A stretch of 64,000 nt of DNA from Mantamonas sphyraenae STR306 (GCA_026936335.1 JAPMXV010000057.1:124001-188000); one strand, 5' to 3'; counted from the stretch's first letter, positions 23,280 to 34,856 are shown. Notes: a model not told the origin generated them from the sequence alone. Program-made: numbers and translations.

Positions 23280-25381
23280 GGACAAGAGGGAAGGGGACGG
23301 CATGCTGCTGCATGACTGGACTGGAATGGAATTTGCTGACGCTGACGCTGGTGCGGGTGCAGATGCGAAACAACCGGACAGAGATTGTGGGAAAGAACAA
23401 CAAGGCACTGCTGCAAGAGGTGGAACGGATCCTGGAGCAGCTGGAGCTGTCGTCGGGTGACATGGAGTCGCTGAAGCATCCCGACTTTGAGAGCAAGCCT
23501 GGGTTGAAGGCAGCGATCCACTCGGCCAAGGCGCTGGAACGGGCGCTGGAAAGCAATTCGTCGTCCAAGAGTGGATACCATCGCATGAAGGCGTTTTCGG
23601 ACCGTCTTTCGTCGCTGATTGACACGCGGGAACAGTTTGTGTCGCAGATGGAGGCGTTCTTTGTGGATTTGTTTGCGGCGCAGGCGGACAACATTCTGGG
23701 AACCAAGGCACGCTTCTGCGCAAAGAACAAGCTGATTATGCCATCGCACCGTGCGGAACACCACCAACTGTCCAAATATTTGCCGCTGATGTCGTCTCTC
23801 AAAAAGATTCATCCGGAGAAGTTGGTGTCGCTGCAGCTGAAGTACTGCGAACTGTTTGCCAAACCGTACCGCAAGGAGATCAAGGAGCTGTTTCACGAAC
23901 TGTCGCGCAGGGTGCGCAAGGACAACCACGACACACGGCTGCTTCACATCAAGCGCCACCTGCGCAAGTACGGATCGACCACGCGGCGAGGCAAGGAGGC
24001 ACAGGAGTACGGCTCCCAAGCAGAAATCTTTGGTGGCATGGCCAACGTGGGTGCCTCGTCGTCATCCTCATCGTCCAGCAGCAGCAGCAGCAGCAACACG
24101 TTGGCGCCGCCGCGGCCGTCGGTGGACGGACGAGGCCGAGAGTCGATGGAGAGCACACGGACATCGACGACGTCGGAGGCCGGGTCGCGTATCTCGATGG
24201 ACGTGGAACGGATCGACAGGAACACAGAGATTTCGAACAAGGAGAATGTGTTGCGGCTCATCATTATCTCGCTGGCCAAGATTGTGGCCATCACAACGGA
24301 GGAAACCAACTTTTACGGGGCGTTCTTTGTGTACTGGGGCGGGGATGACGACGAGTCGGAGGACGACTACTCGGACGATGACGGGGAGATGGGCGTGGAC
24401 GACGACGGCGTGGAATACTCGCCAGTGGTGTTTCTGTCCAACCAGCAGCGGGTGGAGCTGAACAGCTACGTGGAGCGGCTGTTCAAAGGGGTGGCGGAGG
24501 AGTTCCGACCGCTGATTGAGCTGGCCAACAAGTACGACCAGTTCTATCTCATCACCCTGTTCATGAAAACGGAGACGTACATTTACAACTACAAGGACAG
24601 GTCGTTCCTTGTGCTGGGTCTGATGGCGGAGCTGCAAATTGTGATCAAGCAGCTGTTCAACCAGTTTATCGAGGAGCAGATCAAGAGCGTTCAGGAACTC
24701 AAGGTGCACACAAAGCGGTGCGGAGTGCTGCTGCCGTTCAAGAAGATCGGCATCTTTTTCGACCACATGGAGGCGATGCTGCAAGGCCGCGGCAACAGGT
24801 TCATGGTGGACCAGAGCTACCAGAAACTGACGTTGGCGCTGTTCAAGTGGCTGGAGGAGGTGGCGGCCACCAACGACAAGTACCGCAGCGTGATTCTGAT
24901 GGAAAACTACTACTTTTTCTACCAGATGATGACCAACAAGGAGCATCTGACGGCGCTGGCAAACCACGTGCAGGAGAGCTACGAAAAGTACGAAGAGCAC
25001 CTGAAGCTGTACCTGCACTGGATTCTGTACGACCGCTTCGAAAAGCTGATGACGTACTTTGATGAGGTGGACGTGCTGCTCAAGTCGATGCAGGCCAGCG
25101 ACATCAAGTTTGAAAACAAGTACAGCGTGCAAAACTTCCGCAAGCTGCTCAAGGCGTATCCACGCAAGGAGTTTGAAAAGGGGGTGGCCACCATGCACGA
25201 ACGCATGGATAAGCACCTGGCACAAGAGGCTGGCCTGCTGCCTGTCGCCTGGGAGCGGCTGGGGATGATGTTCAAGCTCAGCTTCCTGCACTTTGAGGAG
25301 GTGACAACGGCCTGCTATGGCAAGGAGAGTCTGAGTATCACAGCGAGCGAGTTGGAGGTGTTGTTTGATTCGATGTATTGA
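21979..25381 (+). CDS. EXOC1: Exocyst subunit Sec3/EXOC1; multi-exon
   Basis: N-terminal PH-like region (KTWRLLDLKKL, EFSLTLEKQYKW), ELMAVEAANIFAIL, KNNKALLQEV, and Sec3-C-type motifs KRCGVL and VILMENYY. Confidence 0.88.
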
Positions 25382-25645
25382 GTATTGAATGCATTTGAGA
25401 AGTGATTGTGCCACAATTTCGCCGCCGGTCTGTTTGTGGGTGAGTGATGGCATGGGTTGGCATCGGGTGCAGAGAAAGACGTTCAAGGTGTGCAGCTCAG
25501 TCGCAAATTACCCTTATGATCATAAAGTTCATCATGGTTCAGGTGACAAATGATATTGCTTCATCACAGCTGCGCACACAAGGGGCGGGAGAAGGGAGGA
25601 AGGGCTTACCTTGCGAGTACGGTGGGAGCCTTGAGGAGGCTGGGT

Positions 25646-25730
25646 GGGATGATGCGGCAGCAGTTGGGCTGTGCGGTGGGAAGTTTCCCAGAGGGATGAT
25701 GCAGCAGCAGTTGGGCTGTGCGGTGGGAAG
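25646..25730. repeat. 38-bp direct repeat x2 (1 mismatch) with 9-bp spacer, intergenic
   Basis: GGGATGATGC(G/A)GCAGCAGTTGGGCTGTGCGGTGGGAAG at 25646-25683 and 25693-25730. Confidence 0.85.
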
Positions 25731-25854
25731 CGGGCAGTGGACTGGACACGCGCGAGGGAAAATCGGCATGTGCGCGTTCTGCATTTGGAGGCCGTCTGGA
25801 ACGCGCCACAGCATGGAGATCAGGAGGGATCCTGGGAGGAATGAAACCAAAAAA

Positions 25855-25883
25855 GTGACGTGGACGCGTCTTGACGTCACGTG
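25855..25883. promoter_or_regulatory. Possible CRE (TGACGTCA) overlapping an E-box (CACGTG) upstream of the membrane-protein cluster
   Basis: TGACGTCA at 25872-25879 and CACGTG at 25878-25883, inside an imperfect inverted repeat GTGACGT..ACGTCAC. Function is inferred only. Confidence 0.3.
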
Positions 25884-26070
25884 GGAAAATTGACAGATTG
25901 TGCCATGCAGGTGTGGAAAGGAATGATTTGTGCTGGACGTCGTGGCGCTGCCGCATCTCACACGCAAGTGTGCATCAGCCACCAACTCCCACACTCTCCT
26001 CGCGGGGCACTTTTCATGCAATGAACACAATGACATCCCGTCTCCACCACCCGGTTCGCCATCCCCACCA

Positions 26071-27897
26071 ATGAAAGCACTTTGGACGCCGCATCGGGTG
26101 CTTCTGCTCCGATTCTACGCCTTGGTGCTTGCATGGTGCATCCTGCTCGTCGTGTATTTCAAAAACGTTCAATTGATTGACTGGGTGTGGGTGGACATCA
26201 CGCAGGCCATGGTGGTGACCACCAACATGGTCTACTATTACGAGCCTGCCGGGGTCCACACAATAGCAGATCATCTCCTGGCACTTGCAATGGACCTCAT
26301 TGTCGGTGGGTTGCCCACAATATTGCCAGCGGCGTTGGGGTTGAACAACGTCCTGGTGAGCGACAGCGGCGGACGAACGTCGGCAACCAGCGACTCTATC
26401 TGGCTGGTGATCACCACAGGAAGCACGCTTCTGGCCCATCAGCTGGTGGTTCCAGGGTACTACGAGTACACCATGCGCAAGCGGCTCGGCTGGCCAATGC
26501 CGACTTGGGACATGGTGGGAAGGTTGCTGCCCGCTGGTGGGAATCTGCTTGCCGCCAACACTTCCTCTGCAGAAACGGCGGTCGAGTTGCCCTCCCGCCC
26601 TGGCCCCAAACAAAAATATGTACAGCACCACGACAGCCAACGCCCAAGCATCGGCGGGGGCACCATGGCTGTGGTCGAGGTCGAGGTCGAGGCAGCACAG
26701 GCTCCCGGACAAGCAGAGGCGCGGAATGCACTGTACCCACCACGACCCGCCAACCTGCGCAAGCCGGCAAACTCTCGCGCAATGTTGGTCATTCTCGTGC
26801 TCACCGCCATCAATTATCTTCTGAACGGAATCCTGATCGGATTCAAGGTTTTGGACCCGCTGTTGCTGAGTGTGTTTTCCCTGCTCGTCTCTCTCGCTGT
26901 GCTTGTGTTTGTGGCCTACGAGTTTGACAACCGCTCGCCACCGGTGAACCACTCGCGTGCATATCTCTCCTTCCTGCTGCACTACCTGGCTGGGGCCCAG
27001 GTGATTGTGCGGAGCATCGTCTACCTCCAGCTGTCTCTGCCACCGGGTCTGGCAAATGTGGGGCATACACAGCCTACCTTGTGGTCATGATGCTCACAGT
27101 GACGCTGGTGCACAAGTTCACAGTGCTTGCCACCGACACGTGGCGTAGTTTGCCCCTTCTGATGACCCTCAGCGCCCTGGACGACTTGCTGGCAGACACT
27201 CTGTTTCTCAACAGCGATGGATACAGCGTGTTTTACGGCCCTCATGGCCGCCCTTCTGGTTGTGCGCCTGATTTTGCGCGATGTGGGATTGCTGGAAAAG
27301 TGGGTCGAGGACGTGAAACACTGCTTCGTGGCAAACAAACATGAGCAGATTGCAGAGTCGCTGCCGACGCCACAGCAACAGCAAGAGTACCGTCTGTATC
27401 GCAAGGTGTTGCGTGTGCGCAAGTACTGGCTGTTTGCGGCGCAGGACCTGCTCACCGAGCATCTGAGCGCAGTCGTGGTCCCATTCTTCCTCCTGACAGA
27501 CGTGTGGTTGGGCGAGCCGTGTCTGCTTGCCTGTCAGTACATGAACGACTCTGAAGGCCTGTGGACGGCAGTCTCGCTCTTCTTTGTGCTGCTCGTGGTC
27601 AAAATCGGAGGCAACGAGATTGTCTGGCGCATCAGCGTGCGCAACGTGGAGCGCGTCGAAGCTGAGGTCGCCGAATACGCCGCACGATGGGGAGAGCTGG
27701 CCGACGACTCACCCTTGCGCATGTGGAGCGACTACCTGTCGCGTGAGGAGCAGGACAAGCTGTCGCTTGTGGAACAGAGCAAGATTGTCGAACGCAAGCA
27801 TCTGCAACGCCACCAATGGCTGTTTTTCTGCGATTGCGCACACGCCTGTCTGCAAGCTCTGGCAATTGGACCAGGGATGCTTGTGACGCGGTCATGA
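26071..27897 (+). CDS. Multi-pass membrane protein, paralog A of an unknown family; two compensating homopolymer frameshifts (27060-63, 27231-34)
   Basis: After frame repair it aligns end to end with paralogs B and C (RLILRDVG, QEYRLYRKVLxxRKYWLxAxQDLLxEHLSAVV, SPLRMWSDY). Confidence 0.75.
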
Positions 27898-28002
27898 TCA
27901 TGAACAAAAACGAGGCCCCAAATCGGGGAAAACCGCCGTGGCACCCAACCTGTTCTCTTCACTGCACCACTCTTCCTTTGCAGCCCCGTTTGCATCACAT
28001 CC

Positions 28003-29724
28003 ATGGTCCATTTGACCCTGACGCCGCACACGCAGCGCATCAGCTCGTTCTTTGCGGCTTGCTGCGCGTTCTCGGCCGCCTGCATCCTATTCTACCAGAA
28101 CGTGGTGTACTACGACTTTGCCCTGTTTGATGTGGCGTCGTTGGCTGCGTGTCTGCTCCTCACTGTGCGCTACTATCCGCCAGGTGCCCTCACACGGGGC
28201 CAGATCGCCACGGTGTTTCTGGTCTCGCTGCCGTTTCTCTTGGCCGAGGAAGTCCACGGCCCACTCAGTGACACCTCTCGCTACGAGGTGGTCCTGCCGT
28301 CCAACCGACCCGTGTATAGACAGGTGCAGCCCACACGTATCTGGTCACTGGGTACCACGTTTGTGGTCATCACCGGCACCCTCCCGTTCCTCACAGAATA
28401 CTTCTTCCGCGCCAACCAACGCCGCAACCGCAATGGCGCGTACGCGGACCGCCAGGTCGAGCTCGTGCAGGTTGCAGATGGTAAACGCACACCCAAAACC
28501 ACTGCCACGGAAGAAGTGGAAGCAGCACCGGCGCCACCCAGCCAAGATACTGCTCTGCATGGCAGCAGGAGGGACGAGTCTGTGGAAGGCATCGACGAAC
28601 GGTATGGGCCCTGGGAAGCCAGCACCGTCACCATTTCCCTCAAGGCCATGTTGGTGCAAAGTGTATTGCAATATGTGGTCACTGGCGTCCTGCGCGGCTA
28701 CGTCCTCTCCTCGGGACTCGCTGCAGCGGTCAATCTCGCGTTGGTGTTCATTCAAATCGCACTCGTCTCATGGGAGGCGCACAAGGGGAACGTGCGCCGT
28801 GCCAGAGGTCATCTCATTGGACTTTATATTGTCCTCATGGGGGTATTTCTCCTCACACGCATCGTCACCCTCATCCAGCAGGAGACCGATCCGGGGTTGG
28901 CATCCTTCTTTGTCTTTCTCCTCGTCCTCTTTGCCCTCTTCATGGGCCAGCTCTACTTTTGGCGCTCTGCCATCCTCATCACCAATGTGTGGGAGGCACT
29001 GCCGTTGGTGTACCCCATGCAGACGGTGGACGATCTCATGTCCGATTTTCTCGTCTCCACCAACCTCGCCTACGACCTCAGCACCTTTCTCATGTTCATT
29101 GCCCTGTTGGCACGTCTCATCCTCCGTGACGTGGGCTACTTTGAAGACGGCTACAACTGGCTGCGCGCGAAAATGTTTGGCGATGTGCACGAGGCGCGCG
29201 CGCAGTCGTTTGGCAGCGAGAAGCTGGCACAAGAGTATCGATTGTACAGAAAGGTGCTGCATGCACGCAAGTATTGGCTGTATGCCAGCCAGGATCTGCT
29301 GAGTGAACATCTGAGCGCTGTGGTGCTGCCAACGCTCATGCTGGTCGATTTCTACGGTGGTGGCTGGTGCATTGTCTCTTGCCAAATCAAAAGCGAAGAG
29401 GTGCTGTGGACGGCGGTGTCCATCTTTGGGGTGTTGCTTGTGTTGAAGCTGGTGGCCAACGAGATCGTGTGGCGGCTGAGCAAGCGGAACATGGAGCAAG
29501 TTGAGGTCGAAGTCAAGCTGTTTGAGGCTGAACACGGCATGCTGCCTGCAGAGTCTCCCTTGCGCATGTGGAGTGACTACGACGTCGACCAGACGTTGCC
29601 GCTTGTGGAGCAGTGTGACGTTGTGTCCAAGCTGCACATCAAGCGCCACTACTGGTTCTTCCTCGCGTGCACATTCACCGCCATCCTCGCCTCCATCAGT
29701 GCGGGAGGGCAACTAGACTTTTGA
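28003..29724 (+). CDS. Multi-pass membrane protein, paralog B (about 11-13 hydrophobic segments by eye), intronless
   Basis: 573-aa ORF homologous to its neighbours on both sides. Confidence 0.85.
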   Translation: MVHLTLTPHTQRISSFFAACCAFSAACILFYQNVVYYDFALFDVASLAACLLLTVRYYPPGALTRGQIATVFLVSLPFLLAEEVHGPLSDTSRYEVVLPSNRPVYRQVQPTRIWSLGTTFVVITGTLPFLTEYFFRANQRRNRNGAYADRQVELVQVADGKRTPKTTATEEVEAAPAPPSQDTALHGSRRDESVEGIDERYGPWEASTVTISLKAMLVQSVLQYVVTGVLRGYVLSSGLAAAVNLALVFIQIALVSWEAHKGNVRRARGHLIGLYIVLMGVFLLTRIVTLIQQETDPGLASFFVFLLVLFALFMGQLYFWRSAILITNVWEALPLVYPMQTVDDLMSDFLVSTNLAYDLSTFLMFIALLARLILRDVGYFEDGYNWLRAKMFGDVHEARAQSFGSEKLAQEYRLYRKVLHARKYWLYASQDLLSEHLSAVVLPTLMLVDFYGGGWCIVSCQIKSEEVLWTAVSIFGVLLVLKLVANEIVWRLSKRNMEQVEVEVKLFEAEHGMLPAESPLRMWSDYDVDQTLPLVEQCDVVSKLHIKRHYWFFLACTFTAILASISAGGQLDF

Positions 29725-30432
29725 CCAATGAAAGCAAACATGCATTTATACTACTGGTTCTTCCTCGCGTGCACATATCCTCCTCAGTCAGTGCCAACTA
29801 GACTGACCACCAGCACATGCACTATACAGATATCCTCAGTAGAATGGCAGCACTCACTGCAGCATGGCGTCGACGACAAAAAGAACCAAAAGTGGCGCTT
29901 GATGTGCAGCTTTGAAACCGAGTCACACTGCTCCACAAGCGGCAACGTCTGGTCGACGTCGTAGTCACTCCACATGCGCAAGGGAGACTCTGCAGGCAGC
30001 ATGCCGTGTTCAGCCTCAAACAGCTTGACTTCGACTTCAACTTGCTCCATGTTCCGCTTGCTCAGCCGCCACACGATCTCGTTGGCCACCAGCTTCAACA
30101 CAAGCAACACCCCAAAGATGGACACCGCCGTCCACAGCACCTCTTCGCTCTTGACATCACATGACACAATGCACCAGCCACCAGAGTAAAAATCAAACAA
30201 CAGCAGCGTTGGCAGCACCACAGCGCTCAGATGTTCACTCAGCAGATCCTGACTGGCATAAAGCCAATACTTGCGTGCATGCAGCACCTTTCTGTACAAT
30301 CGATACTCTTGTGCCAGCTTCTCGCTGCCAAACGACTGCGCACGCGCCTCGTGCTCGTCTCCCAGAAATTTCGCGCGCAGCCAGTTGTAGCCGTCCTCAA
30401 AGTAGCCCACGTCACGGAGGATGAGACGTGCC
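29104..30432. repeat. Large inverted repeat formed by the 3' parts of paralogs B and C (arms ~29104-29663 and ~29879-30432)
   Basis: 29392-29619 is the reverse complement of 29923-30149 with about one mismatch by eye. Confidence 0.9.
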
Positions 30433-31559
30433 ATGAGTGCCACCAGCATGCCGATGGTGGCTGCGTCGTAGCCCAGGTTGGTGGAGACGAGAAAGTCGGA
30501 CATGAGATCGTCCACGCTCTGCACCACATACACCAGCGGCAACGCCTCCCACACATTGGTCATCAGAATCGACGCACGCCAGATGTACAGCTGGGCCAGC
30601 AGCAGGGCGGAGATAACCAGCACAAACACAAACACTTGCGCAAGGCCGCTCTCGGCCGTCTGCTGCACCAGAGCGACCGTTCGTGGAAGCAGAAACATGC
30701 CTCCAATCAGCAGCGAGAGAGGCAACAGATGGCCACGTGCACGTCGGATGGGAGGACGACGCCAGCTCTCCAGCACCACCACACCCACACTGAGGAACTG
30801 AAGGCCCATGTTGATCGCCGCCGCCTCACCGTTCGTGAGGAGCCAGTTGCGCATCACCGCGCTCACACAGAACTGCAACGCACACACGAGGCCTCCCAAA
30901 TACAACGACACGCTCCTCTGTGACGGAGCAAACGGCGAGTAACGCGCATCTGCGCCTTCCACCGTGTCGTCCCAGCCGGACGACGTCCGTGTGGAAGTGC
31001 CCGCGTTTGCAAGTGTCTCCTTGTCCGCTCCCACCGCGTCTGCTGCCTGTGCCCCGCTCGCCAGCCGTTCCGAACGCACCTGTTGCAACTCCACGGGGTC
31101 CACTTGTTCCACATACACCATTCTTTGGCCCTCCTCCCTCTGGTTGCGCCTGTAGACCAGTTCGACAAGTCCGGGAATCACCACCAGCAACGTCCCGAAA
31201 GTCGATATGCCGCCAAACATTTGCTGCGTAGGCGTCAACAGCAGCACCGGTCGTCCAGAAGGCTGCCTGGGTACTTTGGCCCCCTGTCCAGGTGAAAGTG
31301 GACTGGACAGATCCTCCCACAGGAGGATGGGCGCTACGATGGCAAAAATCGCAAACCACTGCCGGCGCGTCAACGCCCCCCGCGGGTAGTAGTGATGGTA
31401 CGAAAACATCACCACAATGCCACTCATTACATCGTACAATGAAAAGTCGATCCACAGCACCTGCTTGAAAAACGCAAGGCACGCCGCGGAGAAAAGGCAG
31501 GCGACGCTGAAGAACGCGCCCACCCGTTTCGCGTGTGCGCTCAACGCCACGTGAACCAT
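29784..31559 (-). CDS. Multi-pass membrane protein, paralog C, intronless; last helix replaced by an unrelated tail
   Basis: 591-aa ORF. The C-terminal third is near-identical to paralog B up to KRHFWFFL. Confidence 0.85.
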   Translation of the reverse strand: MVHVALSAHAKRVGAFFSVACLFSAACLAFFKQVLWIDFSLYDVMSGIVVMFSYHHYYPRGALTRRQWFAIFAIVAPILLWEDLSSPLSPGQGAKVPRQPSGRPVLLLTPTQQMFGGISTFGTLLVVIPGLVELVYRRNQREEGQRMVYVEQVDPVELQQVRSERLASGAQAADAVGADKETLANAGTSTRTSSGWDDTVEGADARYSPFAPSQRSVSLYLGGLVCALQFCVSAVMRNWLLTNGEAAAINMGLQFLSVGVVVLESWRRPPIRRARGHLLPLSLLIGGMFLLPRTVALVQQTAESGLAQVFVFVLVISALLLAQLYIWRASILMTNVWEALPLVYVVQSVDDLMSDFLVSTNLGYDAATIGMLVALMARLILRDVGYFEDGYNWLRAKFLGDEHEARAQSFGSEKLAQEYRLYRKVLHARKYWLYASQDLLSEHLSAVVLPTLLLFDFYSGGWCIVSCDVKSEEVLWTAVSIFGVLLVLKLVANEIVWRLSKRNMEQVEVEVKLFEAEHGMLPAESPLRMWSDYDVDQTLPLVEQCDSVSKLHIKRHFWFFLSSTPCCSECCHSTEDICIVHVLVVSLVGTD

Positions 31560-31731
31560 CGCCTTGCCTCGATATCTGCTCCCGCGCTCTCCTTGCTGCT
31601 ATCCTGTGCCGGCGTTGTCTGCCGGTCGATTTGAAGATGGAAGGTTTGCATCCAGAAGGGCGAGCCGCTGACCAGGCAAAACACACCACTTCCACACGCA
31701 TCTACCACACGCACAGCCCGACACCGGCACC

Positions 31732-32057
31732 ATGCCAGCACCAAAGCCAAAGTCCAACAAGGCATTGGGCATCGGTCTGTCCATCTTTGCTGTGGCCGCC
31801 TTTGCAGGCCCAGCTGTGTACATTGCTGCCCAGACTCCGGATCGCAACCTGTTTCTTTCCGACCGGCCGCTCACAGGCACCCAAATTGTCCGTGGAAACT
31901 ACCTCAACTCAGGGTGAGTGTGTGTTGTCTGTTGTCCACAACAACCCCGCACTCACACTTTGTCCGTGATCCCTATCCACGCAGCACCAAGGACCTGGGG
32001 CTCGACCCGGCCGCAGTCCAGCGCAACAAACGTCTCCAGGAGCAAGACAGCGAGTGA
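31732..32057 (+). CDS. Small single-pass membrane protein (~84 aa); intron 31914-31984
   Basis: MPAPKPKSNKALGIGLSIFAVAAFAGPAVYIAA...RGNYLNSG|TKDLGLDP...DSE*, with an in-phase GT-AG splice. Confidence 0.7.
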
Positions 32058-32123
32058 AATCCCATCCCCGTTTCTCCCACGGTGTATCCAATTCAGGTTG
32101 TATTCATTCAGTGTCCTTTTGTC

Positions 32124-34856
32124 TCATGCGGAGGTCTGTTGCACAGGCTGTGCCGCGAAAATCTGCACACCCTGCTGTTGCTGCTGCTGCTGGCCTGCCT
32201 GCAGGTTGCCCGGTTGCCATCCCACAGGCAGAGGCCCCGTGACGGGTTCGTTGGCGGCCTGTGCACGTGCCAGAGCCTCCTCGTCCTCCTTGACAATGGT
32301 GAGAAAGACCTGCTCGAGGCTGGCCATGGTCAGGCCGTACGTCTTGACACCCAACGAGTCCAGGTTGTCATCCAGCGCCTCAAACAGGGTGGCAAAGTTG
32401 CTCACCTGCTCCGAGGGAATGGTGAAGGAAATGTCGCGCGTGGTGACCGATGCCACCGCTGCACCTTGCACGTGCTGCGACAGAAAGTCCAGCAGGGAGT
32501 CGGCATGCACACCCTGCCTCACGCTGGTAGACAGACGGTATCCCACGTGGAAGGCCCGCTTGAGGTCGAGGGACGAGCCCATGCATCGCAGCTGGCCGTG
32601 GGACATGATCATGATGCGGTCAGCCAGCAGGTCAGCCTCCTCCATGTAGTGGGTGCTCATCACAATCGTACGCTGCGATTTGATCTCTTGGATCAGGTTG
32701 TACACCTGCCTGCGCGAGTATGCATCCATGCCGTTTGTGCACTCGTCCAAGAAAAGGATTTCCGAGTCGCCAATCAGGGCCATGGCCAGACTCAGTTTGC
32801 GTCGCTGCCCCCCACTCAGCGACTGGCTTGCCTTGCCCAGTGCACTGCGCTCCAACGACACCTGCTTCAGACGCAGATCCACCTCTCCAGCCACCTCCTC
32901 CTCGGGCACGTTCTTCAGCGCGGCAAACAGGCGCAGGTGCTCCTCCGTCGTCAGGTGCTCAAAGTGGATGTCGTGCTGCGGACACACGCCCAAACGCTGT
33001 CGAATCACGTCAAAGGCACTCTCTACGGGGTACCCATGCACAAACGCACGGCCCGATGTCTGCGGATACAGACCCGTGAGCACGGAGATGGTGGATGTTT
33101 TGCCTGCGCCGTTGTGGCCCAGAATGGCAAACGTTTCGCCTTTGCGCACCTTGAAGCTCAGATTGGTCACTGCGTGCACGTCCTTGCTCCCTCCGGTGTC
33201 CTTGGCACGGAACACCTTGCACAAGTCAAACACCTCGATGCCGAACGTTTGCTCGTCCACCTCTGTGGAACGCAGCAGACGAGGCTCGGGCGGCGACCAG
33301 TAGGACCACGAAAAGCAAAATGTGGCCGATTTGGGAGTGCCGTACTCGCCCGGGAACACTTGGCTCACATACCATGCAACAGCGGACCACAACAGCACAT
33401 CCACCAGCAGCCAGTTCAACGCCATGCCCGCTGTGTACTGGCCGTACGTGTACATGTTGCCAAACTGCAGGCCGATGCCCTTGCGTTCGAGTTGCTCCAC
33501 GATGAACCAGAAGAAGGCGTTGGGCACGGGTGCCAGCAGAGACATGTAGTTGGCCGCAGCAAACACGCCCGCCGACGGCGCAAACGTGGCAATGGACACG
33601 GTGATGGCCACAGCAAACATACCCAGCAACTCAATGAGCATCACCACCAGCATGGCCACCTTTTGGTTCTTGCACAACGAGCCTGCCAATGCACCCACAG
33701 TGCTGTTCCACAGGCCGTGCAGCTGCAGCACCAGCCACAGCAGTAGAGGGTTGCTGTGCGCAAACGAACCCACGGCGTAGCCCACAATGAGAAACACGGT
33801 GAGGGAAGCCATCCACTTGATCTGCATCGTCACGAACCAGGAGGTCCAGTACGCGCTCTCCAGCATGCCCATCATACGCATGCCCTCCTTCAGCTTCTTC
33901 ACCTTTTCGTCCACCAGTTGCGCCGCAAAGTAGCGCGTCGACAGACCATACATGAGTGTAAAGTACAGCGGCCACAGCAGGGAGAAGCTGAAGTCCGAGC
34001 TGGAGGCGTACCGCGGGAATTTTTGCAGATCCACACGCATCTCCACCGTCTGGTTGAGATGGGTGATGCGCGAGTTGATAAATGCTTCGTGGAAGCTGTG
34101 CTGCAGAGCCACATATGCACGTTGCAGTTGCTGCGGCGCATGGAACAGCGTCTCGTTGAGCCGCAACGTGTACTGCACCGAGTCACTCAGTTTGTCAAAG
34201 TATACGGCCCCCCAAAACTGTCCTGTGCGTGTGCCCACTGCATTCTGCAGGCTGTCTTTGTCCGCAAAGGCTCGTGCGCCTGCCAGCGCGCTGTTGTTTG
34301 TCATCCGCTCGATCACCTCTCGCGCCGCCGTCGTGTTGGGCGCAAAGGCGAGGCCGCGGCACTCCGACGAACTCGTGTTTGTGTTGAGCATGGGACAAAA
34401 CACACTCAAGTCGTCAATGCGCTGCGGCTGTGGGTTCAAATCTGCGTGCGGTGTGCGTGTGCGTACACGCCGCGAGTGAGCGTGACGAGTTTGCGTGCCA
34501 CAGGCTGTGTTCACACCGTCCCTGCGCTTTCGAGAGACGCTGAACGCAGCCGTTTTGAGCCACACTCACCTGCAGGAAGGTCACTGATGGTGATCTGGCC
34601 CACTTGGGCCAGGACGATGATCATGACCAGGTAGTAGACCGGATAAATCAACTCGCCCAGCATTTGTTTGCGCTGCCGCTTCTGCAGGATCGATCTGTGT
34701 CAGCTTGGGGATGTGCTGTGGGCACAGAGAAGGAAGAATGGGGGTTAAGGGGGGGGGGGCAGGGGACAACCACCACCCACCACGTACCGACACCACATAG
34801 TTTTTGTGCAATAGCAGCCTGGTCTGCCTCTTCCACTTTGCAAACCAGTTCTTCAT
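32124..34856 (-). CDS. ABC transporter subfamily A, half-size (one TMD plus one NBD); 2 introns near the 5' end
   Basis: RQTRLLLHKNY, LVDEKVKKLKEGMRMMGMLESAYWTSW, PGEYGTP, Walker A GHNGAGKT, LGVCPQHD, signature LSGGQRRK, STHYMEEAD, SLEQVF. Confidence 0.93.

Noticed and set aside
25646-25730. Repeat-spacer-repeat resembling a CRISPR unit
   Set aside because: Only two copies, a 9-bp spacer, no cas genes and a eukaryotic context.
29104-30432. Inverted repeat as transposon TIRs or a MITE
   Set aside because: The arms are coding 3' ends of paralogous genes; there is no transposase or target-site duplication.
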